From an uncultured Prevotella sp. (GTDB lineage Bacteria; Bacteroidota; Bacteroidia; Bacteroidales; Bacteroidaceae): a DNA stretch of 64,000 nucleotides. The notes beneath the pieces were generated by a model that saw only the letters and a program-made list of their open reading frames with translations, had not been told where the DNA came from and ran no database searches. Shown here piece by piece: positions 9,125 through 18,899 of this stretch; positions within the stretch are counted from its first letter, which is position 1; the number at the start of each line of letters is the position of its first letter. The DNA lies in contig CAMHTW010000012.1 in the NCBI GenBank assembly GCA_946188165.1, positions 1,595 to 65,594 on the forward strand. The letters are read 5' to 3'. The position numbers were made by a program, and so were the translations under genes.

Positions 9125-12100
9125 TCATCTTACGACAACCTTCTTGCCTTGGTGGATGTAAACACCCTTCTTGGGACTGTTCACCCTGATGCCTTGAAGC
9201 GTGTAGTAGCTGTCCGTAGTATCATCAGACGCAGTGGTCACCGTCTTGATGGCCGTTGTTCCCGACATCGGACGATAGACGACAGCCTTTCTGTAGAGGT
9301 AATAGCTGTTGCGTCCGTAAAGCTCTGCACAAAGGCCTTTCTCCTTGTCCTCGCAAAGGATGAAAATGCTGGCAGAATCTGCAGGCTGGTAGACTGTCTC
9401 GCCTTCGCCCTTCATATAGCTCACATGCAGCAGGTCGCCTGCTTCTGGCTGGTCCACGGCCAGCGTGAAGTCGTTGAAACCGAATAATCCATAGTCAGGG
9501 AATACGCCATAGTACGTATTCTTCTCGCTGCTGAATGTCAGCCCGATAAAGAGCGTGGCATTCGATGTGACATTCTTGTTGGAACGATACCATGCCTGCT
9601 TGCCGCTGCCCGTAAAGCCCATGATATCCATCGTACTGCCCATTTTGCTCCATTCTCCTGTCAGTGCTGCCTCGTTGGTGAAGTCGTAGCCATTCAGCAG
9701 CGTGTATGCGCCATGGGCTTGCAGGTAGCCGTAGTGTGACACACCATCGGTATCTGTCACTGTGACGATGACTGGTTTGTCAGTCTTACCCTTCATGGTT
9801 ATCAACATGGCATTGTCAGCCGTTGGCAAACTTTCATAACCGCTGAAGGCTGTGCCGTCTGTGTCGGTCATTGCCATGCTGGCTATCCGGCAACCGTCTG
9901 GCAGCGTGAGAGAATATTGTGCATAGTAGGCACCGTCAGTGTCAGCCACCATTTGCTTCAGTTGCAGCGTCATAGCCGTCTCCTTGGTAGCTAAGGGAAT
10001 GAGCCTTACCTTGGAATTAAGTCCTGATGGGACAGGTGTCCATGCAGCATAGCTGTCAGAACTGATATTCGACATGTTGATGTCTTCAAAGATGCGCCAT
10101 ACGGTTCCCTGCCTGTCCATTTCGCTAATGCGGTTTGCCGGCAGGTTGGTGACATCAATGCGCAGCGTGTTGCTGCCTTCGCGGATGCGGTTGCTGCAAT
10201 CCAGCATAAATGGGGCAGCCCATGCACATCCAAGGTATTCGCCGTTCAGCCAGACGTCAGCACTCTCTCGCACGTCGCCCAAGTCCAATATGAAGCCGCC
10301 TGTCGCCGTTTTCATCTGGCTGGCTGAGACGGAAAAATCTATATTATATGTTCCCGTACCTATATAAGATTTCATCTGATCGTCCAGTTTCTCCCAGCCC
10401 GACAGTCCTTCCAGTTTGTAGGTTTGTCCGTCAGGAATGCTGAGTGTCCATTGCCCGTCAATATCCAAGGCAGACAGTTCCTGTACGGGCGTTGCCGTGG
10501 CGGGCAATTCTATCTCGCTGTCATAGGTTTGCAGTATCATGGACTGGCCAGACTTCAGACTCACCCACAGCTTACCGTCCTTGACAACAGCCTTCTTGAT
10601 GTCGCCCGTCATGGGGTCGAACAGGGCAGCACTCTGATAGGGAACGGCCAGTGATACGTAGCCCTCCACGTCGTCTGCTGTCAGATTGGCTACAAAATAG
10701 TGATAACCAGTTGTATTGCTCCTGCGGATGACGCTGAGCCCCAGTGCCGTGCGCATCTCCTCGCCCTTTATCGTCAGCACCTTCAGCTGGTCAGCCTTAT
10801 AGCCTTCAACGATGGTGGCTCCCTGCTGACGTAGGGCCTCTATGTGTGTCTTGATGCTGTCAGGCATATTGGCTGTTGTCGGAATGACCAGTGCCTGATA
10901 GCGCGTACCGGCTTTTGTCCTCAGCACACCGTTCTCGCAGGTCGTTCCCATCAGGAATTGCTCGCTGGTATAGTCGCAGTCCAATCCCATCACTTCCAGT
11001 TCCTTGACACACTGTTCTATCTCAGGCATCTTCTGTGTGAGTTTGTTGATGTCAAACATCACCATCATGTTCTGGTATTCGCCGGTCGTCTTATGCATGG
11101 CATTGACAAAAGGCGCATATACCAGTACTTCGTTGTCGGGTTGTCCCATCTGCATGAAGCTCTGCACACGCTCAATGTATTTCATCATGGCAGGCGCATC
11201 GTGCCAGATGGTATTGGTGGGACTCATGTCTATCGCGGCATAGAATTTCCATCCTGGCCAGGCAGCCTCACGCGGCGAATAGGCTGTGCCGTGAAACATG
11301 ACATGGTTGACACCCGAGGTGAACAGCAGGTCCAGTTCGGGCTTTATCTGGGATAGGGAAGTGCGGAAGTGCTCTGTCAGCCATGTCATCGACTCGCTGG
11401 AAGTCAGTGGTTTCCCAGTGATGTGAGCCGCACTTGAAGCGTATTTCAAGGTGGCCTTGGAACTGAGTGCGCTCAAATAGAAGCCTTTGTCGTTGCGCAG
11501 TCCTTTGATGCCAAAGTCGTTCAAGTAGAAATTCTCTGTTTCCGGTATGTCAGCTTCTGCATACAGGTCTATCAGGTTGCCAGGCGATCCGTGCGCTTGG
11601 TTACGCGTGGTGACACCGTGACTATGAGCCCAGGCAGTCCACTGGCGGGTGAAGTTGTCCCTCAGCATGTCCGACAGTGTCAGCCTGTAGTCTGCATACA
11701 CCTGACTGTCCCTGTTGAGCAGCTTGTCCAGGTTCTCGTCCAGTTTGTAGCCCCGTCTGCTTTCGAACTCCTCAAACATCTGCGGGGTCCAGTTGGCTGC
11801 GTTAATCTCATACGAGTCGTTGAAGAAGCTGTGTGGCCACTGGGCATTGGCAGCTTCGAACTTGCTGTCGAAGTACTTCAGGTAGTTGGCAACTGCCGTG
11901 GCACTGAAGTAGTCTACCACGTAGCCACCACTGCCTGGCGAAGGGCGCTTCACCTGCATCACGCCATACTGATTGTAGGCTGCTATCACCTTCCAGTTGC
12001 CTTGGGGTGCCGTCCATTTCAGGCTTTTACCATTTACCAAAGCTGTCAGGTTGGTGACGCTGCCCTCGTTGCCGCTTTGGGGAAAAGCCATCACGCGCTG

Positions 12101-12571
12101 CAACGCACCGTTCGACGTGTTGAGTGTCAGTGTTTTCTCCGCGTTACCGTCACCGGTCACATCGAAGGTTTCTGTCACCAGTTTACTGGCTGATTCGTTG
12201 TTTTTCACCATTGGTCCGCCAAAAGGCCATCCTGTGCCAGTGGTCATGTCAATGTCTATTCCCAATTGCTGGCCTACCTGCTGTGTGTAGTTCATCATTT
12301 CCAGCCAGGCCGGTGTCAGAAAGGCGATGTTCTTGGCAGTATTGCCCTGTACGCCATAGATGGGCGTAATCTCCAGGGTACCGATGCCAGCCGCAGCCAG
12401 TTGCTCCATTTGCCACTTCAGGTTGTCTTTGTCAACGGCAGACCCCAGCCACCACCAGCGGCTGCCTGCCTTTGCCTCTTTACGGACTTCTGGCCATGAG
12501 GGTGCCGGTTGGGCCTGCACACCACTCCATGCCGCCATCATCCAGGCACATGTCATTAATAGTTGTTTCAT
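9125..12571 (-). CDS. GH106 alpha-L-rhamnosidase with extra C-terminal modules and T9SS CTD
   Basis: RWWWLGSAVD, GTGWPFGGP, FFNDSYE, QAHGSPGNLIDLY...DIPETE, SSESMTWLTEHF, LDLGDVRESA; CTD YYTLQGIRV...KGVYIHQGKKVVVR. Confidence 0.88.
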   Translation of the reverse strand: MKQLLMTCAWMMAAWSGVQAQPAPSWPEVRKEAKAGSRWWWLGSAVDKDNLKWQMEQLAAAGIGTLEITPIYGVQGNTAKNIAFLTPAWLEMMNYTQQVGQQLGIDIDMTTGTGWPFGGPMVKNNESASKLVTETFDVTGDGNAEKTLTLNTSNGALQRVMAFPQSGNEGSVTNLTALVNGKSLKWTAPQGNWKVIAAYNQYGVMQVKRPSPGSGGYVVDYFSATAVANYLKYFDSKFEAANAQWPHSFFNDSYEINAANWTPQMFEEFESRRGYKLDENLDKLLNRDSQVYADYRLTLSDMLRDNFTRQWTAWAHSHGVTTRNQAHGSPGNLIDLYAEADIPETENFYLNDFGIKGLRNDKGFYLSALSSKATLKYASSAAHITGKPLTSSESMTWLTEHFRTSLSQIKPELDLLFTSGVNHVMFHGTAYSPREAAWPGWKFYAAIDMSPTNTIWHDAPAMMKYIERVQSFMQMGQPDNEVLVYAPFVNAMHKTTGEYQNMMVMFDINKLTQKMPEIEQCVKELEVMGLDCDYTSEQFLMGTTCENGVLRTKAGTRYQALVIPTTANMPDSIKTHIEALRQQGATIVEGYKADQLKVLTIKGEEMRTALGLSVIRRSNTTGYHYFVANLTADDVEGYVSLAVPYQSAALFDPMTGDIKKAVVKDGKLWVSLKSGQSMILQTYDSEIELPATATPVQELSALDIDGQWTLSIPDGQTYKLEGLSGWEKLDDQMKSYIGTGTYNIDFSVSASQMKTATGGFILDLGDVRESADVWLNGEYLGCAWAAPFMLDCSNRIREGSNTLRIDVTNLPANRISEMDRQGTVWRIFEDINMSNISSDSYAAWTPVPSGLNSKVRLIPLATKETAMTLQLKQMVADTDGAYYAQYSLTLPDGCRIASMAMTDTDGTAFSGYESLPTADNAMLITMKGKTDKPVIVTVTDTDGVSHYGYLQAHGAYTLLNGYDFTNEAALTGEWSKMGSTMDIMGFTGSGKQAWYRSNKNVTSNATLFIGLTFSSEKNTYYGVFPDYGLFGFNDFTLAVDQPEAGDLLHVSYMKGEGETVYQPADSASIFILCEDKEKGLCAELYGRNSYYLYRKAVVYRPMSGTTAIKTVTTASDDTTDSYYTLQGIRVNSPKKGVYIHQGKKVVVR

Positions 12572-12596
12572 TTCTATAATTATTGATAGTTGTTTG

Positions 12597-12604
12597 CAAA
12601 GATA
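12597..12604 (-). promoter_or_regulatory. Bacteroidetes sigma-70 -7 box (TATCTTTG) for the GH106 gene
   Basis: caaagata on + = TATCTTTG on -, matching TAnnTTTG, 25 bp upstream of the ATG. Confidence 0.65.
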
Positions 12605-12653
12605 AGCAATAAAGTATAAAAAAACTTAAAAACATGCGTTAAAGTGCTTCCCT

Positions 12654-12687
12654 TTTGGAAATATTCCAGAAAATTAACCTACCTTTG
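12654..12687 (+). promoter_or_regulatory. Bacteroidetes sigma-70 promoter (-33 TTTG / -7 TACCTTTG) for the 977-aa secreted protein
   Basis: TTTG at 12654-12657 and TACCTTTG at 12680-12687, followed by an AT-rich leader. Confidence 0.65.
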
Positions 12688-12746
12688 CACCAAATGCGAA
12701 CTTAGAATTCTTTTATAACTTTATTTACTAATTAAAATTTATCATT

Positions 12747-15680
12747 ATGAAAAAACGACTACTAATGATTGCTGCTTTTGCGCTGACGATGGTAGGCACT
12801 TCATTTGCACAGAAAGTGAATGATTATGTCTATACGGCTACGCAAAGAGTGAAGATTACGGGTGAAAACCTTGTTGTCAATGGTACGTTTACTACCAAGG
12901 ATGGCTGGACCAATGCCCTTGGTGAAGAGACGAATGCCGAGGTATGGGACTTTGCCCTGAACCAGGGTGCCGGTCCTAATGGCGAGAATGTGCTGACCAG
13001 CGTTTCTGGTGGAACAGCTGATGCAGCCATCTGTAATTCATGGGCACTTGAAAGTGGTTCCTACATCGTGATGTACGACATCAAGGGCGATGCCTACACT
13101 CCTACAGGTATTATTAATGGCGGTTCCAGCTGTGCTGACTTCTTCCTGACTAACAGCGGTACGCTTACCAAGGGAACCTTGGCTACAGCTGATGCTGATG
13201 GTGACATCCAGGTGGCTACTGTTGAGGGCTTCCGTCCTGAGTGGAAAACTGTTTCTTACTATTTCGAGGCTGACGGTTCGAAGAAACTTGTCATGCACTT
13301 CGAGAAGTTGGCTGCCAATACCATGGTTACCAACGTTCGCATTTTCCCTGCTGTGCTGACGTATGACGACCGTATTCTGAAGAACAAACTGGAGTATGTT
13401 GACAAACTGATTGCTACAGGTAAGTTTACTAAGGATACTGAGAACGGCTTCATCGAGAACGTGATTGGTGCCATTCGTCCTATGCTGACCGAAGAAGGTG
13501 CCTTGGATGACATCTCTGGCGTTACTGAATTGATGGCTGCCTATGAACAAGAACTTCAGGCTTGGTATGACCTGAATGCTGCCGACCTGCTGAAGGACGA
13601 GAAGCGCTGGTCAACACTTGGCGATACCCGTAAGCAGAATGGTATGAATGAAGGCAAGGCAGGATATAACTGGAAGGGTACTGGTGGCCGCTGGTTCCAC
13701 AAGAACAATGGTGGTAGTAACGAGATTACCGACGATGGTGATGAAATCGGTCACCGTTTCCAGGGCGGTGTAGAAGGTAATGCTTCACAGTATTATACCA
13801 TCACTCCTGCTAATGCCGGTACTTATATGTTCTCTTTGGATATCGTAGGTCACTATATGGCTGGCGGTAAGTCTGCCAAAAACTTGGATCCCGGTGTTGG
13901 TGACAACTATGTAACAGACTGGAACCGTCCATTTACTGGTGTAACGATGTTTGCCGGTAAGGATATTCTGGGTGACAATGCCGAGACTAATGCCACTCTG
14001 GATAATGAGCAGGAGGGTCAGAAGATTGATTGTGGCAACATCGCCAACCCCAATGCAAAGCAGAACTGCCAGAAGTTTGTTGTATTCTATGAGGTGTCTC
14101 AGGAAATGGTTGATGCCAAGACTCCTATTAGCTTTGGTATTACCTATATCATGGATCCCGAGCGTACTCCTACGAAGATGGGTTCGAATGTGAATATTGC
14201 CAATCCTCAGATTCGTCTGATTGGTATCACTCAGGATGTCATTGACTTCCAGAACGAGGTGGCTAAGATTATTACTCAGCAGGGCCCGCTGAAGGAGCGT
14301 CTGGATTGGGCTGCTGACGATTTGGCTAAGACTGCTGAGTCTGGCTATCCTTATGGTAAGGCTGCCCTGAAGGAGGCAGCCGATGCTGCTCAGCTGGTGT
14401 ATGATGCTTCTCTGACTGTCATCGATGCTGAGGGTAACGTTAAGAATGAGGAATTCATTAAGTCTCAGATGGAAGCTGCCCTGCTTGGCACAGGTATTGT
14501 CTACAGCGATAGCTTGTTGCACACAGTCACAGCTATAAACAGCGCACGTTCTGCTTATAACAATGCAAATAAGCTGACCTCAACAACATATCCTCAGAAG
14601 ATAGCTGATGCTGAGGCTGTGCTTGCTGACCCATTCTATGGTGCTGGCGACAAGGCTACCTTCACCGCTGCTATCGACGCTGCTAAGGCTAAGCTCGTTG
14701 AAATCCTGGCTATTGCTAACGACGAGAATAAGGTAGCGAGTGATTCTACGCTGAATTCTCATATTGCCATTCTGGCTGAAGCTGTTGAGGCTTACAAGGT
14801 CAGTGCCAACAATCTGCCAATCATTGACATTGACTTCTCGACCGGTTTCGTGGCAACAGAAGATGGTCATAAGATTGTAGGTAACAAGGGTGAGATGTTC
14901 TTCACCAATGCTAACCCCGAAGCCAACAATGTTGACAAGGAAATGTCCTATGCACTGGGTTGCGGTGAGGAGCTGCTTGACGTGCTTCGTATCGGTAGTG
15001 CTGATTCTTGGGTGAACGTTGCTGAAGCTGACCAGGCTGGCGCAGAAGATATCATCCGCTTCGAATTCGATATCTGGGGCAACCGTCTCAGTGGTAAGAG
15101 TATCTGGGTTGACCTCCGTAATGCTTCCGATCAGCGTGTAGCTGGTTTCAAGTTCAACCCCTATGACAGTGCTACAGGCTATAATGACTTTGACAATGAA
15201 GCTAATGAGGGTATGTATCTGCAGCTTAATAAGTCATTCAACGCTGGTACCGCTGGTGATGTTGCCTCTGTGGTAGATGCTTATAAGACCCACTTCACAC
15301 TGATGGTTGACTATAAGGCTCAGGCTGTTCAGGGTATTACTGTTACTACTAATGGTACATTCACCGGTGCTCTTATTCCTCTCCGCAAGGATTTGGGCGA
15401 TGGCAGCGACACTCAGGAGGCCACTCCTCTGGAGGATAACAAGGTTGCCAAGTTTGTGCTGGGTTCTGACTATGCTACTTATCAGGGCCGTCGTTGCTGG
15501 TTCGACAACCTGAAGGCATACAAGTATGCTTCTCAGGCTGATGGCCCAATTTCTGGCATCACAGGTGTGAAGGCTGCTGTCAAGGCTGACGGTGCTATCT
15601 ACAACCTCGCCGGTCAGAAGGTCGACAAGAGCTACAAGGGTCTTGTGATTATGAATGGCAAGAAGGTCGTTCTGAAGTAA
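12747..15680 (+). CDS. Large T9SS-secreted protein with no recognisable catalytic motif (beta-sandwich modules plus FIVAR-like helical segments)
   Basis: Signal peptide; GENLVVNGTF start typical of CBM-like jelly rolls; helical segments YGKAALKEAADAAQ / GDKATFTAAIDAAKA; CTD IYNLAGQKVDKSYKGLVIMNGKKVVLK; strong gct/ggt/aag/cgt codon preference. Confidence 0.8.
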   Translation: MKKRLLMIAAFALTMVGTSFAQKVNDYVYTATQRVKITGENLVVNGTFTTKDGWTNALGEETNAEVWDFALNQGAGPNGENVLTSVSGGTADAAICNSWALESGSYIVMYDIKGDAYTPTGIINGGSSCADFFLTNSGTLTKGTLATADADGDIQVATVEGFRPEWKTVSYYFEADGSKKLVMHFEKLAANTMVTNVRIFPAVLTYDDRILKNKLEYVDKLIATGKFTKDTENGFIENVIGAIRPMLTEEGALDDISGVTELMAAYEQELQAWYDLNAADLLKDEKRWSTLGDTRKQNGMNEGKAGYNWKGTGGRWFHKNNGGSNEITDDGDEIGHRFQGGVEGNASQYYTITPANAGTYMFSLDIVGHYMAGGKSAKNLDPGVGDNYVTDWNRPFTGVTMFAGKDILGDNAETNATLDNEQEGQKIDCGNIANPNAKQNCQKFVVFYEVSQEMVDAKTPISFGITYIMDPERTPTKMGSNVNIANPQIRLIGITQDVIDFQNEVAKIITQQGPLKERLDWAADDLAKTAESGYPYGKAALKEAADAAQLVYDASLTVIDAEGNVKNEEFIKSQMEAALLGTGIVYSDSLLHTVTAINSARSAYNNANKLTSTTYPQKIADAEAVLADPFYGAGDKATFTAAIDAAKAKLVEILAIANDENKVASDSTLNSHIAILAEAVEAYKVSANNLPIIDIDFSTGFVATEDGHKIVGNKGEMFFTNANPEANNVDKEMSYALGCGEELLDVLRIGSADSWVNVAEADQAGAEDIIRFEFDIWGNRLSGKSIWVDLRNASDQRVAGFKFNPYDSATGYNDFDNEANEGMYLQLNKSFNAGTAGDVASVVDAYKTHFTLMVDYKAQAVQGITVTTNGTFTGALIPLRKDLGDGSDTQEATPLEDNKVAKFVLGSDYATYQGRRCWFDNLKAYKYASQADGPISGITGVKAAVKADGAIYNLAGQKVDKSYKGLVIMNGKKVVLK

Positions 15681-15704
15681 TATTCATAATATTATAATAC
15701 TATC

Positions 15705-15746
15705 AAAATCCCCTGCGGCACAACTGCCGCAGAGGATTTTTTTTTT
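15705..15746 (+). terminator. Rho-independent terminator
   Basis: AAAATCCCCTGCGGCA-caac-TGCCGCAGAGGATTTT followed by a T run. Confidence 0.85.
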
Positions 15747-15831
15747 GAATCATTGGAAAGTCATGATTAACATATAGTTTTTATTATTTAAAAAAAAAGA
15801 CGTTTTTTTTCTTGTTTTAATTTTTTTTGTG

Positions 15832-15839
15832 TACTTTTG
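15832..15839 (+). promoter_or_regulatory. -7 box (TACTTTTG) for the fasciclin/SusCD operon
   Basis: TAnnTTTG followed by CA in an AT-rich intergenic region about 105 bp upstream of the ATG. Confidence 0.6.
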
Positions 15840-15944
15840 CAGATTGAAAGTTACAAATAACTGCTGAACCATCCTTTTCAAACAAAGGTAAATGGTGTGT
15901 TACATTATAATGAAACAAATCAATTTATTAATAAATAGCTATTT

Positions 15945-18866
15945 ATGAAAAGATTCTTTTTCTGTGTCTCTCTCGTTTTGACGGGATTGATGACTTCTTG
16001 TGTTGACAAATACGAGGAGGTGGATGCTGACTCAAAGCCGTCGTGGCTTGGAGGCAGTATTTATTCGGAACTGAAGAATCCCAATCCTGATCGTCTGACA
16101 GGAACATTTGTCAATTACCTGCGCTTGATTGACGACCTCGGTTATGCTGAGACGTTGAATAGGACAGGTTCGAAGACGGTGTTCCCTGCCAATGATGAGG
16201 CCTTTGAACGATTCTTCAACAGTAATGAATGGGGAGTGAGCAGCTATGAGCAGTTGACCATTTCGCAAAAGAAACTGTTGCTCTATTCCTCAATGCTTGA
16301 CAATGCCCTGTTACTCGGTATGCTGCCTACAGCCAGCAACGGAACTGCAGAGCCTGCGCTCGGAGAAGCATTGAAACATGCAACCAATGTGAGCGTTATC
16401 GACACCATCCAGTTCTTGAGCCGTCTGGAGGATATGCCTCAGGGCAATCCTTATTGGACGCGCTTCGCTGAGGCCAACAAGGGTATTCATGTGGTCAGCG
16501 ATAATACGCGTCCCATGATGATCCACCTGACTCGTGAGTACATGCTTCACAACGACATTCAGGTTGCCGGTGAAGAAAGTGACTTTGCTGTGCTGACCGG
16601 TTCACCCTATACGGAGGGTACCGCTTATGTGTTCAACAACCGTGTCATCAATGGCGATGTAACCTGTCAGAACGGTTATATCCATCAGATGGAGAACGTG
16701 CTGGTGCCCCCAGGAAATATGGCGCAAGTGTTGCGCAAGCATGAAAATACGCGCTACTTCAGCCGTATTCTCGACCACTATGCTGCTCCTTACTACGATG
16801 CTACAACTACCCGTCTGTATAATGACTGGGCCAAGACACAGGCAGGGGTCGCTCAGGTTGACTCTATTTTCCAGGTTCGTTATCTGAGTGCCCGTTCGCA
16901 GGGCGGTGCTTCACTGACCAAGGACCCCAATGGTTCAGAGCGTGCATCTTCATTCGTCCTCAACCTCGATCCGGGATGGAACCAGTATTATCCCGCTACG
17001 ACAGGCCAGAGCAAGGTGGACAATACGATTACGGACATCGCTGCCTTCTTTGTTCCTAACGATGAGGCTGTGAAGCAGTTCTTCCTGCCTGGTGGCGGTG
17101 GTGCCTACCTGATAGACCTCTATGGCAGTATGCGTGAACAGGGCACTTCGGTGATTAATGACGAAGCGCACCTGATGGAAAACCTCGACTCGCTGCATGC
17201 CAAGAAACCCGAAGTGCTGGCAGCGTTTACGCGCAACCTGCTGAAGCCTCGCTTCACCCAGACCGTCCCCTCCAAATTCGGAACGGTCACTAACGATGCT
17301 CAGGAAAGTATGGGCCTGACTTTGGATGTGATTGACAAGAAGGCTGACGGCAAGTATGACATCACTATTGCCAACAATGGTGTGGTTTACGTCATTAAAG
17401 ACATGTTTGTGCCTGCTGAGTTCAACTCCGTCATGGCACCGGCAAGTGTCTATCCCGACATGAGCGTGATTGGTTGGGCCATCAAGGACTGGAAGGGTAA
17501 CGACCCCTTGGGACTGGACTTCCACTACTATTTGCTGGCCATGAGTGCTAACTATGCGTTCTTCATTCCTGAGAATGATGCTTTTAACTATTACTATGTT
17601 GACCCAGCATCTTTAGGCCATAAAACCGATGGTGGCGATCAGCTTCCTCCCGATGTCCTCCACTTCTATTACGATAGCGAAACCAGCCAAGTAAAGTGTT
17701 ACCGTTATTATTTTGATACGACAACGGGACAGCCCTATGGCAATCCTCGTGAGGCATCGATTTCGCAGGTGAAGTCACAGTTCCAGGATATTCTGAATTA
17801 CCACACCCTGGTGCTGAAGAGTGGGGAGCGTATTGGCGAGAACAAGTATTACAAGACCAAGCATGGTGGTGAGATTAAAGTGGAGCCTGTCGGCAACAAC
17901 CCAGATAATCAAGTAGGCTGGCGCATCCTGTCGGGTGCCCAGATTGAAGACCCCAATTTGTATCCCGCACCGGTGGTCAAGGAGGTCTTCGATGAGAAGA
18001 ACGGTTATGCTTATCGTATGAGCCGTCTTATCCAGCCCCCACACAAAAGTGTGTATGCTGTGCTGAAGGAGAATGAACAGTTCAGTGAGTTCCTGGATGT
18101 CTGTACCGGTTTCCAGAGCACGGAGATTATGTCGTGGGCTGGCATTTCAGACAAGGTGAACCCAACGACCGGCTCTTCTGAACAGGATGTGTACACCATC
18201 TTCACGAACCAATATAAGATAGGTACCGACACCGAAACCAAGATGCCTGTCTATGCACAGGCAGCTATCGACTATAACGTCAAGATGTTCAATACCTATA
18301 ACTACACGCTCTTTGCACCCGATAACACGGCCATGGCTAAGGCCTATGCAGACGGTCTGCCTAAATGGAGCACCATCAACGGCATGTACCAGAAGTTTAT
18401 TGGCAAGATGGAAGCCTATAATGAAAGCAAAGCTGCTGACGATCCTGATTATGAGCCGGATGCCGAGGACAAGAAGGACATGGCTGCAGCAAAGAAAATG
18501 ATGACGCAGTTGCGTGACTTTGTCCGCTACCATTTCCTGACTAATTCCGTGTATGCTGACAAGACCATTGAAACCGGACGCTATCAGTCTCTGTATGCCG
18601 GTAGCACTGGCGTGTCGGAGGAGGCCGTCATCAGTGGTGGTAATGACCGTATCACGGTAACAGATCTCAAGGGTCATAGTGTGACGGTAGATGCTAATGA
18701 TTCGGGTCGCATTGTCAACAAGATGACACGTGATTACTGGATGGGTAATGGCATATCAGCTGCTGACGCCAAGAATGCCACAGCTATCTACACGTCGTCG
18801 TTCTGTGCCGTCCATCAGATTTCGGAGCCCCTGTATAATAACAAGTCGGGTCGCTTCGACCAATAA
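15945..18866 (+). CDS. Fasciclin (FAS1) domain lipoprotein, about 4 FAS1 repeats
   Basis: Lipobox LMTSC with acidic CVDKYEEVD. FAS1 H1/H2 motif pairs: TVFPANDEAF/NGYIHQMENVL, FFVPNDEA/NGVVYVIKD, AFFIPENDAF/NGYAYRMSRL, TLFAPDNTAM/AVHQISEPL. Confidence 0.8.
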   Translation: MKRFFFCVSLVLTGLMTSCVDKYEEVDADSKPSWLGGSIYSELKNPNPDRLTGTFVNYLRLIDDLGYAETLNRTGSKTVFPANDEAFERFFNSNEWGVSSYEQLTISQKKLLLYSSMLDNALLLGMLPTASNGTAEPALGEALKHATNVSVIDTIQFLSRLEDMPQGNPYWTRFAEANKGIHVVSDNTRPMMIHLTREYMLHNDIQVAGEESDFAVLTGSPYTEGTAYVFNNRVINGDVTCQNGYIHQMENVLVPPGNMAQVLRKHENTRYFSRILDHYAAPYYDATTTRLYNDWAKTQAGVAQVDSIFQVRYLSARSQGGASLTKDPNGSERASSFVLNLDPGWNQYYPATTGQSKVDNTITDIAAFFVPNDEAVKQFFLPGGGGAYLIDLYGSMREQGTSVINDEAHLMENLDSLHAKKPEVLAAFTRNLLKPRFTQTVPSKFGTVTNDAQESMGLTLDVIDKKADGKYDITIANNGVVYVIKDMFVPAEFNSVMAPASVYPDMSVIGWAIKDWKGNDPLGLDFHYYLLAMSANYAFFIPENDAFNYYYVDPASLGHKTDGGDQLPPDVLHFYYDSETSQVKCYRYYFDTTTGQPYGNPREASISQVKSQFQDILNYHTLVLKSGERIGENKYYKTKHGGEIKVEPVGNNPDNQVGWRILSGAQIEDPNLYPAPVVKEVFDEKNGYAYRMSRLIQPPHKSVYAVLKENEQFSEFLDVCTGFQSTEIMSWAGISDKVNPTTGSSEQDVYTIFTNQYKIGTDTETKMPVYAQAAIDYNVKMFNTYNYTLFAPDNTAMAKAYADGLPKWSTINGMYQKFIGKMEAYNESKAADDPDYEPDAEDKKDMAAAKKMMTQLRDFVRYHFLTNSVYADKTIETGRYQSLYAGSTGVSEEAVISGGNDRITVTDLKGHSVTVDANDSGRIVNKMTRDYWMGNGISAADAKNATAIYTSSFCAVHQISEPLYNNKSGRFDQ

Positions 18867-18899
18867 CCCTATATTACGAACACTAAAGTATAACATACA

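Noticed and set aside
15737-15830. Poly-A/T tracts as phase-variation or invertible promoter elements
   Set aside because: Tracts of 8-10 nt are ordinary in Bacteroidota intergenic DNA; no flanking inverted repeats or recombinase.
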